Shown piece after piece: positions 1-13,239 of a stretch of DNA of 64,000 nucleotides. The stretch comes from Squalus acanthias. Lineage: Eukaryota. The position numbers were made by a program, and so were the translations under genes. The stretch spans positions 110,858,001 through 110,922,000 of the forward strand of contig CM059431.1 in assembly GCA_030390025.1 (NCBI GenBank), in the 5' to 3' direction. Under the pieces are notes generated by a model. It was not told the origin of the DNA. It did not search any database and saw only the letters and a program-made list of their open reading frames with translations. Each line of letters opens with the position of its first letter. Positions within the stretch are counted from its first letter, which is position 1.

Positions 1-1361
1 TTGAGCTTTATGCAGGTTGAAAGTGTTTGGAGCAAACTCTCCATCCAGTGTCACCTCATTGGAACAACCTCTCTCACCACTGACAGATTGCTTCTGTCCT
101 CTCAACTTCACCTGCCATCTATTCCATCAGCCTGGGTACCATTTATACCCTCCCACCTTGGTCTTCAGAATCTGACCATGATCAGCCCCAACACCAGCAG
201 CACCAGGCACACCAGCAGCACCAACAACAACAACAACCTTCTCAACTGTTGATGCACAGGACAGAGGGCATCAGCACCCGACCACATTGCCGTCCGGGAG
301 GCCAGGGATGACCTCACCATGGCCAGATTTACTTCACTTGATGCTGTACACCCTGGCTGCCACATGATGCGCCAGGTTGGCAGCACCCCACACCAACACC
401 ATAAAGCATCCCTACAATATCCAAGACATTCTTTTCACACTCATCACCATTGCGGGGGGTACCGTTATGTCTCACCATTCACTGCAACTCATTAAGCCAC
501 TTCCAAAGGTGCACACAAATCAGTCCAAGAATGCAAAGTGTTGAAAATAAAGGTTTCAATATTTGACAACATATTAACAGAAACTTTACATGAACATTGC
601 ATAGAACACCCAAGTGGCTACCCTTGTGTGTTGTTAGTTGGTATGATTGCACTCGGATGATGGTGAGTGTGAGGGGTGGCTAGTGAGATGGGGAAGTGAT
701 AACGTAGAGAGAGAGCGATGGGTGGAGGTGTAAGGTAAGTTGGTGTGAGTAAGGATGTGCAGGAACAGGGTAGGGAAGGCAGAGTGATGGGGATGTGATG
801 AGAGGCACAGCAGGATGAAGGTGAGTGTGGTTTTGTATTCACGTTTCCTGATCTAATGAGATCATTGAAAGGTTTGCGGCACTGCATCCAGGTCCTCCTG
901 ACCACATCCCTGCTTGTGCCCCCTCTGCAATGTGCAACCAGGCTGTGTTGGTCTCCTGGGGAGTTCTCTTCTGCCCATGGGAAGGGAAGAGGACTTCCCT
1001 GCTTGCTGTGACTCCCTCCATAAGCATATGGAGGGAGTCATGGGAGAACCTGGGTGCAGCCCTGTGCCTCTGTGCAGTGATTGTCAGTGTTTGCAGCACT
1101 TCAATGTTGTAGAACACTGACAGCACAAATGTCAAAAGTAAGGTGGCCATGGTCCCTTTAAGGAAACTGGCTCAAGATGCGTCATGAATGATGTCACCAG
1201 ACCCGCTTCATCTAATTGGACCGGGAAATCCACTGGACGGGCTTCACAAACCCCATTGAGGTAAGTTCATTTTAGGCGGCGGGATGGAGCCAGCAGCAGG
1301 GCCGTGACCCGTCACCAACACCGGCTGCACCGGATCCGCTGAGGTGGGCAAAATCTCAGCC
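1..1361 (+). mobile_element. Non-autonomous Harbinger deletion derivative, copy 1 (left end outside window)
   Basis: Transposase N-terminal remnant is fused to its C-terminus (HIAVREARDDLTMARF vs [16 protein letters not shown] at ~57015). Minus strand has a Myb/SANT exon-1 remnant (AAPRFSHDSLHMLMEGV...WMQCRKPFNDLIRSG). Ends in TIR AAAATCTCAGCC followed by AAT. Confidence 0.88.
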
Positions 1362-1364
1362 AAT

Positions 1365-3000
1365 GGCTTCGGTCTTACAAATATTTAGTTGGAGGAAATT
1401 TCTGCTCATCCAACCTGCACGAAGTTCCATTCACCCATCACCCCGTGCTCGCTAACCTACCTCGCTAACTCCCGGTCCAGGAACGCCTCAATTTAAAAAT
1501 TCTCATCCTTGTTTTCAAAACCCTCCATGGTCTCGCCCCTCCCTATCTCTGTCACCTCCTCCAGTACTACAACCCTCCGAGATCTCTGCGCTCCTCCAAT
1601 TCTGGCCTCTTGCGCATCCCCGCTTTTAATTGCTCCACCATTGGCAGCTGTGCTTTCAGCTGCCTTGGCCCTAAGTTCTGAAATTTCCTCGCAAAACCTC
1701 TCCGCCTCACTACCTTTCTTTCCTCCTTTAAGATGCTCCTTAAAACCTACCTCTTTGACCAAGCTTTTGGTCATCTGTCCTAATATCTCCTTATGTGGCT
1801 CAGTGTCAAATTTTGTTTGATTTTTTTGACATCCCGCTACAACGCGCCTTTCCCAATGGCATGTCTATGATCTCGGATCAGACCCGACCCGTAGAGCCAG
1901 GCGACCCTATTAAAGCAATTACTGGCTTGTTGACAGACCCTTAATAATGGTTTTAACCTTACCTTTTCACTTTAACTGCTCGCCCACGGGGTCCACGCTG
2001 CTCGTGGACCACGTTTGTTAACTTGAGGTGGGAGTTGAATGGCGATTGAATCAGCTGATTAGTTGACAGCTTGAAATGTGCTATAAAAGCTCCTACCTCA
2101 CAGCTGTTCACTTTCCAAGCATAGAAGCTGTTGCTTACTCCATTTGGAACACAGATTGAGCTTTATGCAGGTTGCAAGTGTTTGGAGCAAACTCTCCATC
2201 CAGTGTCATCTCATTGGAACAACCTCTCTCACCATTGACAAATCGCTTCTGTCATCTCAACTTCACCCGCCATCTATTCCATCAGCCTGGGTACCATTTA
2301 TACTCTCTCAACTTGGTCGTCAGAATCTGACCATGATCAGCCCCAACACCAGCATCACCATGCACACCAGCAGCACCAACAACAGCACCAACCTTCTGCA
2401 CAGGACAGAGGGCATCAGCACCCGACCACATTGCTGCCCGGGAGACCAGGAATGACCTCACCATGGCCAGATTTACTTCACTTGATGCTATACACCCTGG
2501 CTGCCACATGATGCGCCAGGTTGGCACCATCCCACACCAACACCATAAAGCATCCTTACAATGTCCAAGCCATTCCTTTCACACTCATCACCATTGCGGG
2601 GGGTACCGTTATGTCTCACCATTCACTGCAACTCATTAAGCCACTTCCAAAGATGCACACAAATCTGTCCAAGAATGCAAAGTGTTGAAAATAAAGGTTT
2701 CAATGCTTGACAGCACATTAACAGAAACTTTACATGAACATTGCATAAAACACCCAAGTGGCTACCCTTGTGTGTTGTTAGTTGGTATGATTGCACTAGG
2801 ATGATGGTGAATGTTAGGGGAGGCCAATGAGATGGGGATGTGATAATATAGCTAGAGCGATGGGTGGAGGTGTAAGGTAAGTTGGTGTGAGTAAGGATGT
2901 ACAGAAGTGGGGTAGGGAAGGGTTGATAATTGTTCCTTCGAAGCACTTTGGGACGTCTAACTACATTAAAGGCTCTGTATAAATGCAAATTATTGTTATT
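1365..3000 (+). mobile_element. L2-type LINE 3' fragment (main part ~1410-1821, tail 2923-3000), split by a Harbinger-derived fragment
   Basis: Matches 29690-30165 (FKILILVFK-coding region, GACCAAGCTTTTGGTCA, tail TTGGGACG...TAAAGGC.CT.TATAAATGCAA). 1365-1410 is a short inverted L2 piece. Confidence 0.85.
1822..2922 (+). mobile_element. Harbinger deletion derivative, copy 2 (lacks both TIRs)
   Basis: Direct repeat of 1-780 beginning at ~2156. Shares the diagnostic CCTGGGTACCATTTATA with copy 1. Confidence 0.85.
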
Positions 3001-3143
3001 GAATTTCATCGTGTTTAGCACCGACTTTATGTACACAGATAGTTTTTAGGTGTATACTGGTATATATTTTGTAAAAGTAGATAAACTTACAGGTGCACAA
3101 TGAAGCTTGTTTACTGTCAACTCCCCTGATTTGAGTAGTCCTA

Positions 3144-3774
3144 GGAGTAAAAATTGCTATGCGTTGTGCCTGTTTTGTGGGCATAAAAGGGGCACTAGGC
3201 ATACCAATTTAGCAGGGGGCAGCCTGTGCCCAACCTGGGCGGGTGTTGCTCCCACTGCTAAATTTGTGGGGTCCATTATTTAGGCGCACTGGACAGATGC
3301 CTAAAACAGGTGTTAGGCCCCTTGAATAAGTGCACCAGGGCCTAATACCTGTTGAAGGACCCCTTTGTAAAATTAGGCAAGTACCAGGCCTGCCCCATTC
3401 AGGATTCTTCAGACCGCCAACTACAGGTAAGTTTAAGAATTGTTTTTATGAAAACGATTCCTCTGGAGCCAGGTGGAGCAGGAGTGCACTTCTGACTCCA
3501 GAAGCGTCACAATCGCACCCCATCCCGTTCCGACCCCGCAGCCTGCTCCAACCCCCCTCTACAGGGACTTACCTGAGGGCTGCAACCGGCAAGGCAAGTG
3601 GCTCGAAATTGTTCTACCCCATTGGGCGAGCTACCTGTGGAGGTGTGACCAGCGCAGGCAGCTCACTCCAATTAATTAGCTGAGGCCCAAGGACCACGTT
3701 CTATCAATCCTCAGGCCTCTTGGTTCAGGTGCCGAGTCTGGGCCCGAAAACAGGCCCAGGCTAATTTCTACCCC
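3144..3774. mobile_element. Harbinger-type MITE
   Basis: TIRs GGAGTAAAAATT / AATTTCTACCCC (10/12) flanked by a 3-bp CTA duplication. Related to 13240-13710. Confidence 0.72.
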
Positions 3775-4318
3775 CTAATCCAGAGGAGAGGGAAAAATAA
3801 AATAAAGAGGAGCTTTCCTTGATAGACAGCGGTTGATTTGTTCTGGGCTCTTCTTCAATTATTTTTTTTCGGAATAGTAATATCTATAAAAAATAGAAAT
3901 TGGTAATTGAGAAGTGTGGGGCTAGACCTAGGCTGTAACTTCTCAGTTCAGTGTACACATGATGATGATGAAATACGGCTGTATTCTTAGCAAACGAATA
4001 AATGTCTGTGAACCAACACATTTTCTATTTAACAGGAATTAACTGCACAATGCTGTGGGATCTTTGAGCTCAGATATGCAGGAAAATAAAAAATATTTCT
4101 CTATGCTTAATTTGTCACATAATTATGGCCTTATTGACAAATTGGAGTAACTGTATATTGATTTACCTTGTGCTAACTAATGCTGCTAACATTACAATCC
4201 ATCATACCGAAAGCACAGAGTTACTGCGCAAGAAACAGAAATAATTTAACATTGCAATAAATAAAATGATGGTAAATTTTCCTCTTTGGTGCGCCTGGTG
4301 CAGAGTTGTGCACACTAG

Positions 4319-6076
4319 GGCCACCATTTCGCCAACCGTGGCGAGTCCGGTGCGGCCGGAGCAGACAACGGCTTCAAACCCCGCTCCAGTCTTTATCCTG
4401 CCTCCTCCAAGTGATTTTACCCTGATTGGACTTGTTGAGCCCTCCCTGCGAGTTTCTCCCGGCCAATTAAAAGGAAGCGGGTCCGATTTCCTTAAAGGGA
4501 CCATGTCCACATTCATTTTGACAGTTGTGCTGTCAGTGTTCTACAGCATTGAGGTGCTGCAAACACTGACAATCACTGCACAAAGATGCAGGGCTGCACC
4601 CAGGCTCTCCCATGACTCCCACCATATGCTTATGGAGGGAGTCACAGCATGCAGGGAGTTCTCTTCCCTTCCAATGGGCGGAAGAGACCTCCCCAGGACA
4701 CCAACGCAGCCTGGTTGCACATTGCACAGGAGGACACAAGCAGGGATGTCGTCAGGATGACCTGGCTGCAGTGGTGCAAACCTTTCAATGATCTCAGTAG
4801 ATCACAAAGCATTACTGCAAAGCCACACTCAACCTCATCCTGCTGTGCCACTCATCACATCCCCATCACTGTGCCTTCCCTATCCTATTCCTGCACATCC
4901 TTCTCACACCAACTTACCTTGCACCTCCACCCATCCCTCTATCTACATTATCACATCCCCATCTCACTAACCACCCCTTACACTCACCCTCATCCTTGTC
5001 CAATCATTCAAATTAACAACACACAAGGGTAGGCACTTGTGTGCTTTAGCCAATGTTTGTGTAAAGTGTCTTTTAATGTGTGGTCAAGCATTGAAATCTT
5101 TATTTTCAACATTTTACCTTCTTGGACTGATTTGTGTGCACCTTTGGAAGTGTCTTAGTGAGTTCCAGTGAATGGTGAGACATAACGGTAACCCCCCCCC
5201 AATGGTGATGAGTGTGAATGCAATGGCTTGGGCATTGTAGAGATGCTTTATGGTGCTGGTGTGGGTGGTGCCAACCTGGTGCATCATGTGGCAGCCAGGG
5301 TGTGCAGCATCAAGTGAAGTAAATCTGGCCATGGTGAGGCCATCGCTGGCGTCCCGGGCAGCAATGTTGTCGGGTGCTGATGTCCTGTGTCCAGTGTAGC
5401 ATCAGATGATTGCGCAGAAGGTTGGTGTTGTTGTTGGTGCTGCTGGTGTGCCTGGTGCTGCTGGTGTTGGGGCTGATTGTGGTGGGATTCTGAGGACCAA
5501 GGTGAGATTTTTTCAAGGGCACCGATGTTGCTGGAATAGATGGCAGCTGAAGTTGAGATGACAGAAGCGATCTGTCAATGGTGAGAGAGCTTGCTCCAAG
5601 GAGGTGACAGTGGATAGAGAGTTTACTCCAAACACTTCCAAACTGCATACAGCTCAAAAGTGTCTTCCAAATCCTGAAGACTCAAGCTTCTGACATTGGA
5701 AAATGAACAGCTGTGAAATGGTAGCTTTTATGCCACTTTTGCAGCTGTCACCTATTCACAGCAATGGAGAGTCATAGAGAACCTGACACACTTACCTGAC
5801 GGGATCTCCGAACGATGGGAACCTCGTGGAAAAGTTGGAAAAATGGCTTGAAGGTGGTAAAATGCTGTTCAACTACCTTTAAAGACCCTCTTAACTATCT
5901 CAATTGGCTGACCCGCCGCTTAGTGCCGGGTCTGCAAAGCGCAGGCAGACCCCGCACTTGGGAAACTGTCATGGAGGCGGGTTCAGAGCGGGATCCTGAC
6001 CCGCTGTCAATCTTTTAGATTTTGACATTGGACCCGTCTCCGAACCCGCCCTCTGAGCGTCGGCAGAATTCCGGCC
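4319..6076 (-). mobile_element. Harbinger deletion derivative, copy 3 (both ends present)
   Basis: Inverted homologue of copy 1. Ends GGCCACCATTTCGCC ... CAGAATTCCGGCC, flanks TAG/CAG. Myb/SANT remnant on + at ~4570-4810. Confidence 0.88.
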
Positions 6077-6169
6077 CAGGAGTGCATATCAGGAATTTAG
6101 ATGTGCTCTCCCATGATTTCCCAACCATTACTTTCACACTAGGTTGCTTCCCCAGCCTCCCTGCTTGTG

Positions 6170-6630
6170 CAGCTAAGACTTGTCTTGTATTCCCTTAAGT
6201 ATAGAGGATTGAGGAGTGATCTAATCGAGGTGTTTAAAACCTTCAAATGATTTGATAGGATAAATACGGAGAAAGTATTTCCTGTGGTGGGAGAATCAAG
6301 ATTACATAGGATACACAGCACAGAAACAGGCCATTCAGCCCAAACGTACCATGCCGACGTTTATGCTCCACTCGAGCCTCCTCCCGTCTTTCCTCATCTA
6401 ATTCTATCAGCATAACCTTCCCTTCTTCCTCATATGCTTATTTAGAACAAGGGGACATAATCTTAAAATTAGAGCTGGGCCATTCAGGAGCAAAATCAGG
6501 AAGCACTTTTTCACAACAAGGGTAGTAGAAATCTGGAACTCTCTTCCCCAAAAGGCTGAGGATGCTGGGACAATTGGAGCTTTCAAGACTGAGATATATA
6601 GATTTTTGTTGGGTAAGGATATTAAGGAAT
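6170..6630 (+). mobile_element. CR1 LINE 3' fragment carrying an inverted CR1 tail (~6302-6440)
   Basis: Codes RLRSDLIEVFK...FPVVGES / TRGHNLKIRAGPFRSKIRKHFFTTRVVEIWNSLP, the typical CR1 ORF2 end. Confidence 0.8.
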
Positions 6631-9557
6631 ATCATAGAATCATAGAAATTTACAGCACAGAAGGAGGCCATTCGGCCCATTGTGTCTGTGCCAGCCAAAA
6701 AAGAGCTATCCAGCCTAATTCCACTTTCCAGCTCTTGGTGAAAGATTGGGGAATGCAGATGCTCAAAGGGACCTGGGTGTCCTTGTACATGAGTCACTGA
6801 AAGTGAATGTACAGGTGCAGCAAGCCATTAGGAAGGCAAATGGTATGCTGGCCTTCATTACAAGAGGATTTGAGTACAGGAGTAAAGAAGTCTTACTCCA
6901 ATTACATAGGGTCTTGGTGAGACCACACCTGCAGTACTGTGTACAATTTTGGTCTCCTTACCTAAGGAAGGATATACTTGCCATAGAGGGAGTGCAACGA
7001 AGGTTCACGAGATTGATTCCTGGGATGGCGAGACTGTCGTATGAGAAGAGATTGAGTAAACTAGGCCTGTATTCTCTTGAATTCAGAAGAATGAGAGGGG
7101 ATCTCATTGAAGCATTCAAAATTATTACAGGGCTTGATAGGGTGGATGCTGGGAGAATGTTTCCCTTGGTTGGGGAGTCTAGAACCAGGGGCCACAGCCT
7201 CAGGATAAAGGGTAGGCCATTCAGGACTGAGATGAGAAGAAATTTCTTCACACAGAGGGTGGTGAATCTTTGGAATTCTCTACCCCAGAGGGCTGCGGAG
7301 GCTCAGTCATTGGGTATATTCAAAACAGAAGTCGATAGATTTCTGACTAGTAAGGGCATCAAGGGATATGGCGATAGGGCTGGTGAATGGAGTTGAGGCA
7401 GAAGATCAGCCATGATCTCATTGAATGGCGGAGCAGGCTCGAAGGGCCAAATGGCCTACTCCTGCTCCTATTTCTTATGTTCTTATGGTCCATAGCCTTG
7501 TAGGTTTCGGCACTTCAGGTGCATATCCAAGTACTTTTAAACCTGATGAGGGTTTCTGCCTCTATCACTCTTTCAGGCAGTGAGTTCCAGACCCCCACCA
7601 CCCGCTGGGTGAAAAAAGTTCTCCTCAACCCTCCTCTAATCCTTCTACCAATTACTTTAAATCTATGCCCCCTAGTTATTGACCTCTCTGTTAAGAGAAA
7701 TAGTTCCTTCCTATCCATGCTATTGCGGACCCTCGTAATTTTATACATGTCAATTAAATCTCCCCTCAGCCTCCTCTGTTCCAAAGAAAACTAGCTCAGC
7801 CTATCCAATCTTTCCTCATAGCTAAAATTCTCCAGTCCTGGCAACATCCTCGTAAATCTCCTTTGTACCCTCTCTAGTGCGATCACATCCTTCCTGTAAT
7901 GTGGTGACCAGAACTCTATGCAGTACTCTAGCTGTGGCCAAACTCCCTGCTCTTATATTGTATGCCTCGGCTAATAAAGGAAAGTATCCCGTATGCCTTC
8001 TTAGCCACCTTATCTACCCGTCGTGCTACTTTCAGGGATCTGTGGACATGCACTCCAACGTCCCTCTGTACCTCTACACTTCACAATATTCTACCATTTA
8101 TTGTGTATTCCCTTGCCTTGTTAGCCCTCCCAAATGCATTACCTCACACTTCTCTGGATTGAATTCCATTTGCCACTTCTATGCCCACCTGACCAGTCAA
8201 TTGATATCTTCCTGCAGTTTACAGCTTTCTTCCTCACTATCAACCACACAGCCAATTTTTGTATCATCTGTAAACTTCTTAATCATGCCCCCTACATTGA
8301 AGTCTAAATCATTGATGTATACCACGAAAAGCAAGGGACCTAGTACTGAACCCTGCGGAACCCAACTGGAAACAGCCTTCCAGTCACAAAAATACCCGTC
8401 GACAATTACCCTTTGTTTCCTGCCATTTTGGATCCAACGTGCCACGTTCCCTTGGATCCTAAGGGCTTTTTCTTTTCAGACCAGTCTGCCATGTTAGACC
8501 TTTTCAAAAGCCTTGCTAAAATCCAAGTAGACTATATCAAATGCACTAACCTCATCGACCTTCCTTGTTACCTCCTCAAAAAATTCAATCAAGTTAGTCA
8601 GACACGACCTTCCCTTAACAAATCCATGCTGACTGTCCTTGATTAATCCATGCCTTTCTAAATGATGATTAATACTGTCCCTCAGAATTATTTCCAAAAA
8701 TTTGCTAACCACCGAGGTTAGGCTGACTGGCCTGTAATTACTTGGTCTATCCCTTTCTCCCTTTTTAAGCAATGGTAAAATGTTCGCAGTCCTCCAGCAC
8801 CACACCTGTAGGAGGAAAGGATTGAAAAATGATGGTCAGAGCCTTCGCTATTTCCTCCCTTGCTTCTCTTAACAGCCTGGGATACATATCATCTGGGCCT
8901 GGCGATTTATCTACCTTCAAAGATGCTAAACCCCTTAATATTTCCTCTCTCACTATGTTTATCTCATCTTATATTTCACACTCCTCCTCCTTAACGACAA
9001 TGTCTGTATCGTCCCTCTCTTTTGTGAAGACAGATGCAAAGTATTGATTGAGGACCATAGCCACGTCTTCCACCTCCACACACAGATTACCTTTTTGGTC
9101 TCTAATAGGCCCTACTCTTTCTTTCGTTATCCTCTTGCTCTTTATGTATTTATAAAACATCTTTGGGTTCCCCTTGATTTTACTGGCCAATATTTTTTCA
9201 TGCCCTTTTTTGCTTTCCTAATTTCCTTTTTAATTGCACCGCTGCACTTTCTATACTCCTCTAGGCTTTCTGCAGTATTTAGCTCCCGGTATCATAGATA
9301 AGTTTCCCTTTTTTGCTCCTTGACATCCAGGGGGCTCTAGATTTGGGAGTCCCGCCCTTTTTCTTTGTGGGAACATATTTGCTCTAAACCCTCACTATCT
9401 CCTCTTTGAATGCCTCCCATGGCTCTGACACTGATTTACCTTTAAGTAGCTGTTTCCAGTCCACTTTTGCTAAGTCACATCGCAGCTTAGTAAAACTGGC
9501 CTTTCCCCAATTGAGAACTTTTACTCCGGGTCTATTTTTGTCCTTTTCCATAACTAT
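6631..9557 (-). mobile_element. CR1 LINE, 5'-truncated, frameshifted ORF2 with RT domain (interrupted at 6740-7485)
   Basis: ORF pieces KSPGPDDMYPRLLRE, NYRPVSLTSVV, YLDFSKAF, VPQGSVLGP, FTDDTK, RRLRGDLI. (TTCTATGA)n-type tail at ~6631-6646. Confidence 0.93.
6740..7485 (+). mobile_element. Young 5'-truncated CR1 nested in an older CR1; uninterrupted 216-aa ORF2 C-terminus (6746-7396)
   Basis: RDLGVLVHESLK...YCVQFWSPYLRKDI...RRMRGDLIE. Tail TTCTTATGTTCTTA. TGGT is repeated at 6736-6739 and 7486-7489. Confidence 0.93.
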
Positions 9558-9822
9558 GCTATAAATATTGTCTGGGAAACCAGGAGAATTCCCCTGCTCT
9601 TCTTCAAATACTGCCATGGGATCTTTTACATCCACCTGAGAGGGTAGACAAGGCCTCAGTTTAATGTCTCATCTGAAACACAGCACCTCCCATAGTGTAG
9701 CACTCCCTCAGTACTGCACTGGCGTGTCACCCTAGATTTATGTGCTTAATTTCTGGAGTGGGACTTGAACCCACGACGCTGCTGATTCAGAGGTGAAGCG
9801 TGCTACCAACTGAGCCACAATT
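9558..9822 (-). mobile_element. tRNA-derived Deu-domain SINE (SacSINE1/AmnSINE-like), 5' part
   Basis: Reverse complement matches 41001-41255: A box TGGCTCAGTTGG, B box GGTTCAAGTCC. Confidence 0.8.
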
Positions 9823-9824
9823 GA

Positions 9825-11940
9825 CACCTATGGAGCAAAAGCGAGCCAATGACCTTGATTGGATCACCCCGCAACCTTCTAAACTCAAGGGAATGCAAAC
9901 CAAGTTTATGCAACCTAGAATTGTCGAATGGTTACAGCACAGAAGGAGGCCATTCGGCCCGTTGAGCCCGTGCCGGCTCTCTGCAAGAGCACTTCAGCTA
10001 GTCCCACTCCCCCGCCCTTTCCCCGGAGCCCTGCCAATTTTTTCCTTCAGGTATTTATCCAATTCCCTTTTGAAAGCCACGATTGAGTCTGCCTCCACCA
10101 CCCTTTCAGGCAGTGCATTCCAGATCCTAACCACTTGCTGTGTAAAAAAGTTTTTCCTCATGTCGTCTTTGGTTCTTTTGCCAATCACCTTAAATCTGTG
10201 TCCTCTGGTTCTCGACCCTTCCACCAATGGGAACAGTTTTGCTCTATCTACTCTGTCCAGACCCCTCATGATTTTGAACACCTCGATCAAATCTCCTCTC
10301 AATCTTCCTTCTCTGCTCTAAGGAGAACAACCCTAGCCTCTCCAGTCTATCCACGTAACTGAAGTCCCTCATCCCTCTGCCTTTATCCCTATGCCCTCAT
10401 TCTAGTGAATCTGTGCTGAACCCCCTCCAAGGCCAATATATCCTTCCTGAGGTGTGGTGCCCAAAGCTGAACGCTGTATCCCAGATGCGGTCTGACCAAG
10501 GCTCTCAACAACTGATGCAACATTCCCTCACTTTTATATTTCAACTCCCTGAGACAAAGGCCAACATTCCTTTTGCCTTTTTGATTACTTTTTGTACCTG
10601 TTCACTAGCTTTAGGTGATCAGCATACATGGACACATATGTGCTCCTCCACAGCTCCTAGCCTCTCACCATTAAAAACCCTTTCTGATTTGTCTTTCTCA
10701 GACCCAAAGTGGATGACCTCACACCCCCTCACATTGACCTCCATCTGCCATAGTTATGTCCACTCATGTAGCCTGTCTATGTCCCTTTGTAACTTCCCGC
10801 TCCCATCGGCACAACTTATTGTGCCTCCTAACACAGTGTCATCCGAAATCTTGGATATACCACCCTCTATTCCTTCATCCAAATCATTAATACATATGGT
10901 GCAAAACTGAGGCCCCAGTACAGATCCCTGGGGAACACCACTTGTCACATCCCATCAATCAGTGTACATTCCCTTTATCCTACTCTCCGTCTCCTACCTC
11001 CCAACCAATTACCAACCCATGTCACAAGGTTACCTCCAATTCGGTGTGCTTTTATTTTTGTGAATAATCTCTTGTGCAAACCTAATTAAATGCCTTCTGG
11101 AATTCCATATAGACAACATCTATAAACACTCCCTATCCACCATGATAGTGACCTCTTCAAAAATAATTCAACTAGATTAGTCAAATATCACCTACTCTTC
11201 ACAAATCCATGCTGACTCTCTTTGATTAGCTCATACGTGTGATTGTGTTCTGTCACTGTTCCTTTGATAGATTGCAGTAATCCCCCCCACAATTAATGTT
11301 AAACTGACAGGTTCGTAGATACCTGGTTTCTCCCTCCCTCCTTTTTAAAATAATGCAGTGACTTTTGCAATTTTACAATTCAAAGGCAGAATTCCCAAAT
11401 CTAGAGAGCTTTGGAAAGTTATGACTAATGCACCTGCAATTTCATCACATATTTATTGTAATACTGCGCCCTAGAGTGGAGACCATCAGGTCCCAGAGAT
11501 TTGTATATCTTAAGTCCCAATTTTTGCACCACTACCATTTCTTCACATATTAAATCCACTAAGTTCTTCCGCTTGACTTATTTTTAGGTTCCCTTATCCC
11601 ACTGGTATTTTGTCCTCTTTCTGCACTGTGATAACAGATACAAAATATTCATTTAATAAATCTGTCATTATTCATTGATTATTACAGTCTTGCCTGCATC
11701 TTTCTTTAATGGGCCCAGGCTACCCCTTACCACTCTTTTTCCCTTAATATATTCATAAAAAATGTACTATTAGCTTTCATATCCCTTGCAAGTTTTTGTT
11801 CATAGTCCCTTTTTGCAACTCTTATTACTTTCTTTGTGTCCCCTTGTTACTTTTTATAGGTCTCCCAGTCTGCTGGATTTCAACTTTTCCTTGCAGTTGT
11901 GTAAGCCTTTTCTTTTAGCTTGATTTATCTTTGATTATGC
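9825..11940 (-). mobile_element. Older CR1 LINE with a second CR1 3' fragment nested at ~9917-10375
   Basis: MTSGVPQGSVLGP...ISDDT (10754-10948). Nested piece encodes MRGDLIEVFKIMRGLDRVD...RIWNALP. Confidence 0.85.
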
Positions 11941-12264
11941 GCTAAATTATCGCATGCAACAAAAATGTACACAATCAAAGTGCACCAGACGCACAGGCTG
12001 ACTGAAAACCGGGTGCAAATCTCAAATCAAATTAAGAAATGAATTACAAGTACAATTCAATGTAAGTACTGGCAAACGCCATCATTAATAGGTAACCTGC
12101 AACATGTAAATACTTTAATCAATTTTTACATAGGAGCATTGATAATGAGCAATTTAATGAAATTAATCAAAACTTGATCAGGAGAGTAACCAATATCACT
12201 TGTCAATTACTTTATCCCTGATCTTGCAAGTTGACAAATATTTTTTGGCAATCTACCAAGCATA

Positions 12265-12600
12265 TAAGAACATAAGAACATAAGAAATAGGAGCAGGAGT
12301 AGGCCATTCGGCCCCTCGAGCCTGCTCCACCATTTAATGAGATCATGGCTGATCCGATTTTGGCCTCAGCTCCACTTTCCTGCCCGCTCCCCATAACCCT
12401 TGACTCCCCTGTTGCTCAAAAATCTGTCTATCTCAGCCTTGAATATATTCAATGACTCAGCCTCCACAGCTCTCTGGGGTAAAGAATTCCAAAGATTCAC
12501 AACCCTCTGAGAGAAGAAATTCCTCCTCATCTCCGTCTTAAGTGGGTGACCCCTTATTCTGAGACTATGCCCCCTCCTTCTAGATTCCCACACAAGGGGG
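12265..12600 (-). mobile_element. CR1 3' fragment
   Basis: GHSLRIRG...VVNLWNSLPQRAVEA. (TTCTTATG)n tail. Confidence 0.9.
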
Positions 12601-12634
12601 AATTATCTATTTAATTGGTTTGGGCCACATCTTA

Positions 12635-13066
12635 AGAAAGACTTGCATTTATAGAGCGCCTTTCATGACCTCAGGGTATCCCAACACGCTTTACAGTGAA
12701 TGAAGTACTTTTGAAGTGTAGTCACTGTTGCACTGTAGGAAACGCAACTGCCAATTTGCACACAGCAAAGATCAGATAATCTGGGTTTATTTTTTAGCGA
12801 TGCTGGTTGAGGGATAAATATTGGCCAGGACACCGGGAGATCTCCCCTGCTCCTCTTCGATATAGTGCCGTGGGATCTTTTGCGCCCACCTGATGAGGCT
12901 GCGGTTTACATCTCATCCAAAAGACGGCACCTCCGACAGTGCAGCACTGCCTCAGCGCTGCACTGGGAGTGTCAGCCGAGATGTTGTGCTCGAGTCGCAC
13001 GAAGTGGGAATTTGAACCCACGACCTGCCAACTCAGAGGCGAGAGTGCTGCAACTGAGCCACAGCT
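12635..13066 (-). mobile_element. Deu-domain tRNA-SINE, near full length
   Basis: Inverted homologue of 41001-41455 including the L2-like tail AAGGCGCTCTATAAATGCAAGT. Confidence 0.85.
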
Positions 13067-13239
13067 GACACTTTGGAAAAATGACTAAGTAATCACTTTC
13101 AAATGGGTGCTGATGGTTTTCACACCAAAGATCGTGTGATATCACTGAAGTTATGTTAGGTGAAAAAATCAAGAACTATAAATAAGCCATTGCTGAATGG
13201 GAAATCTTCATCTGGTCTGGCCTGCTATTCAGAGAGCCT

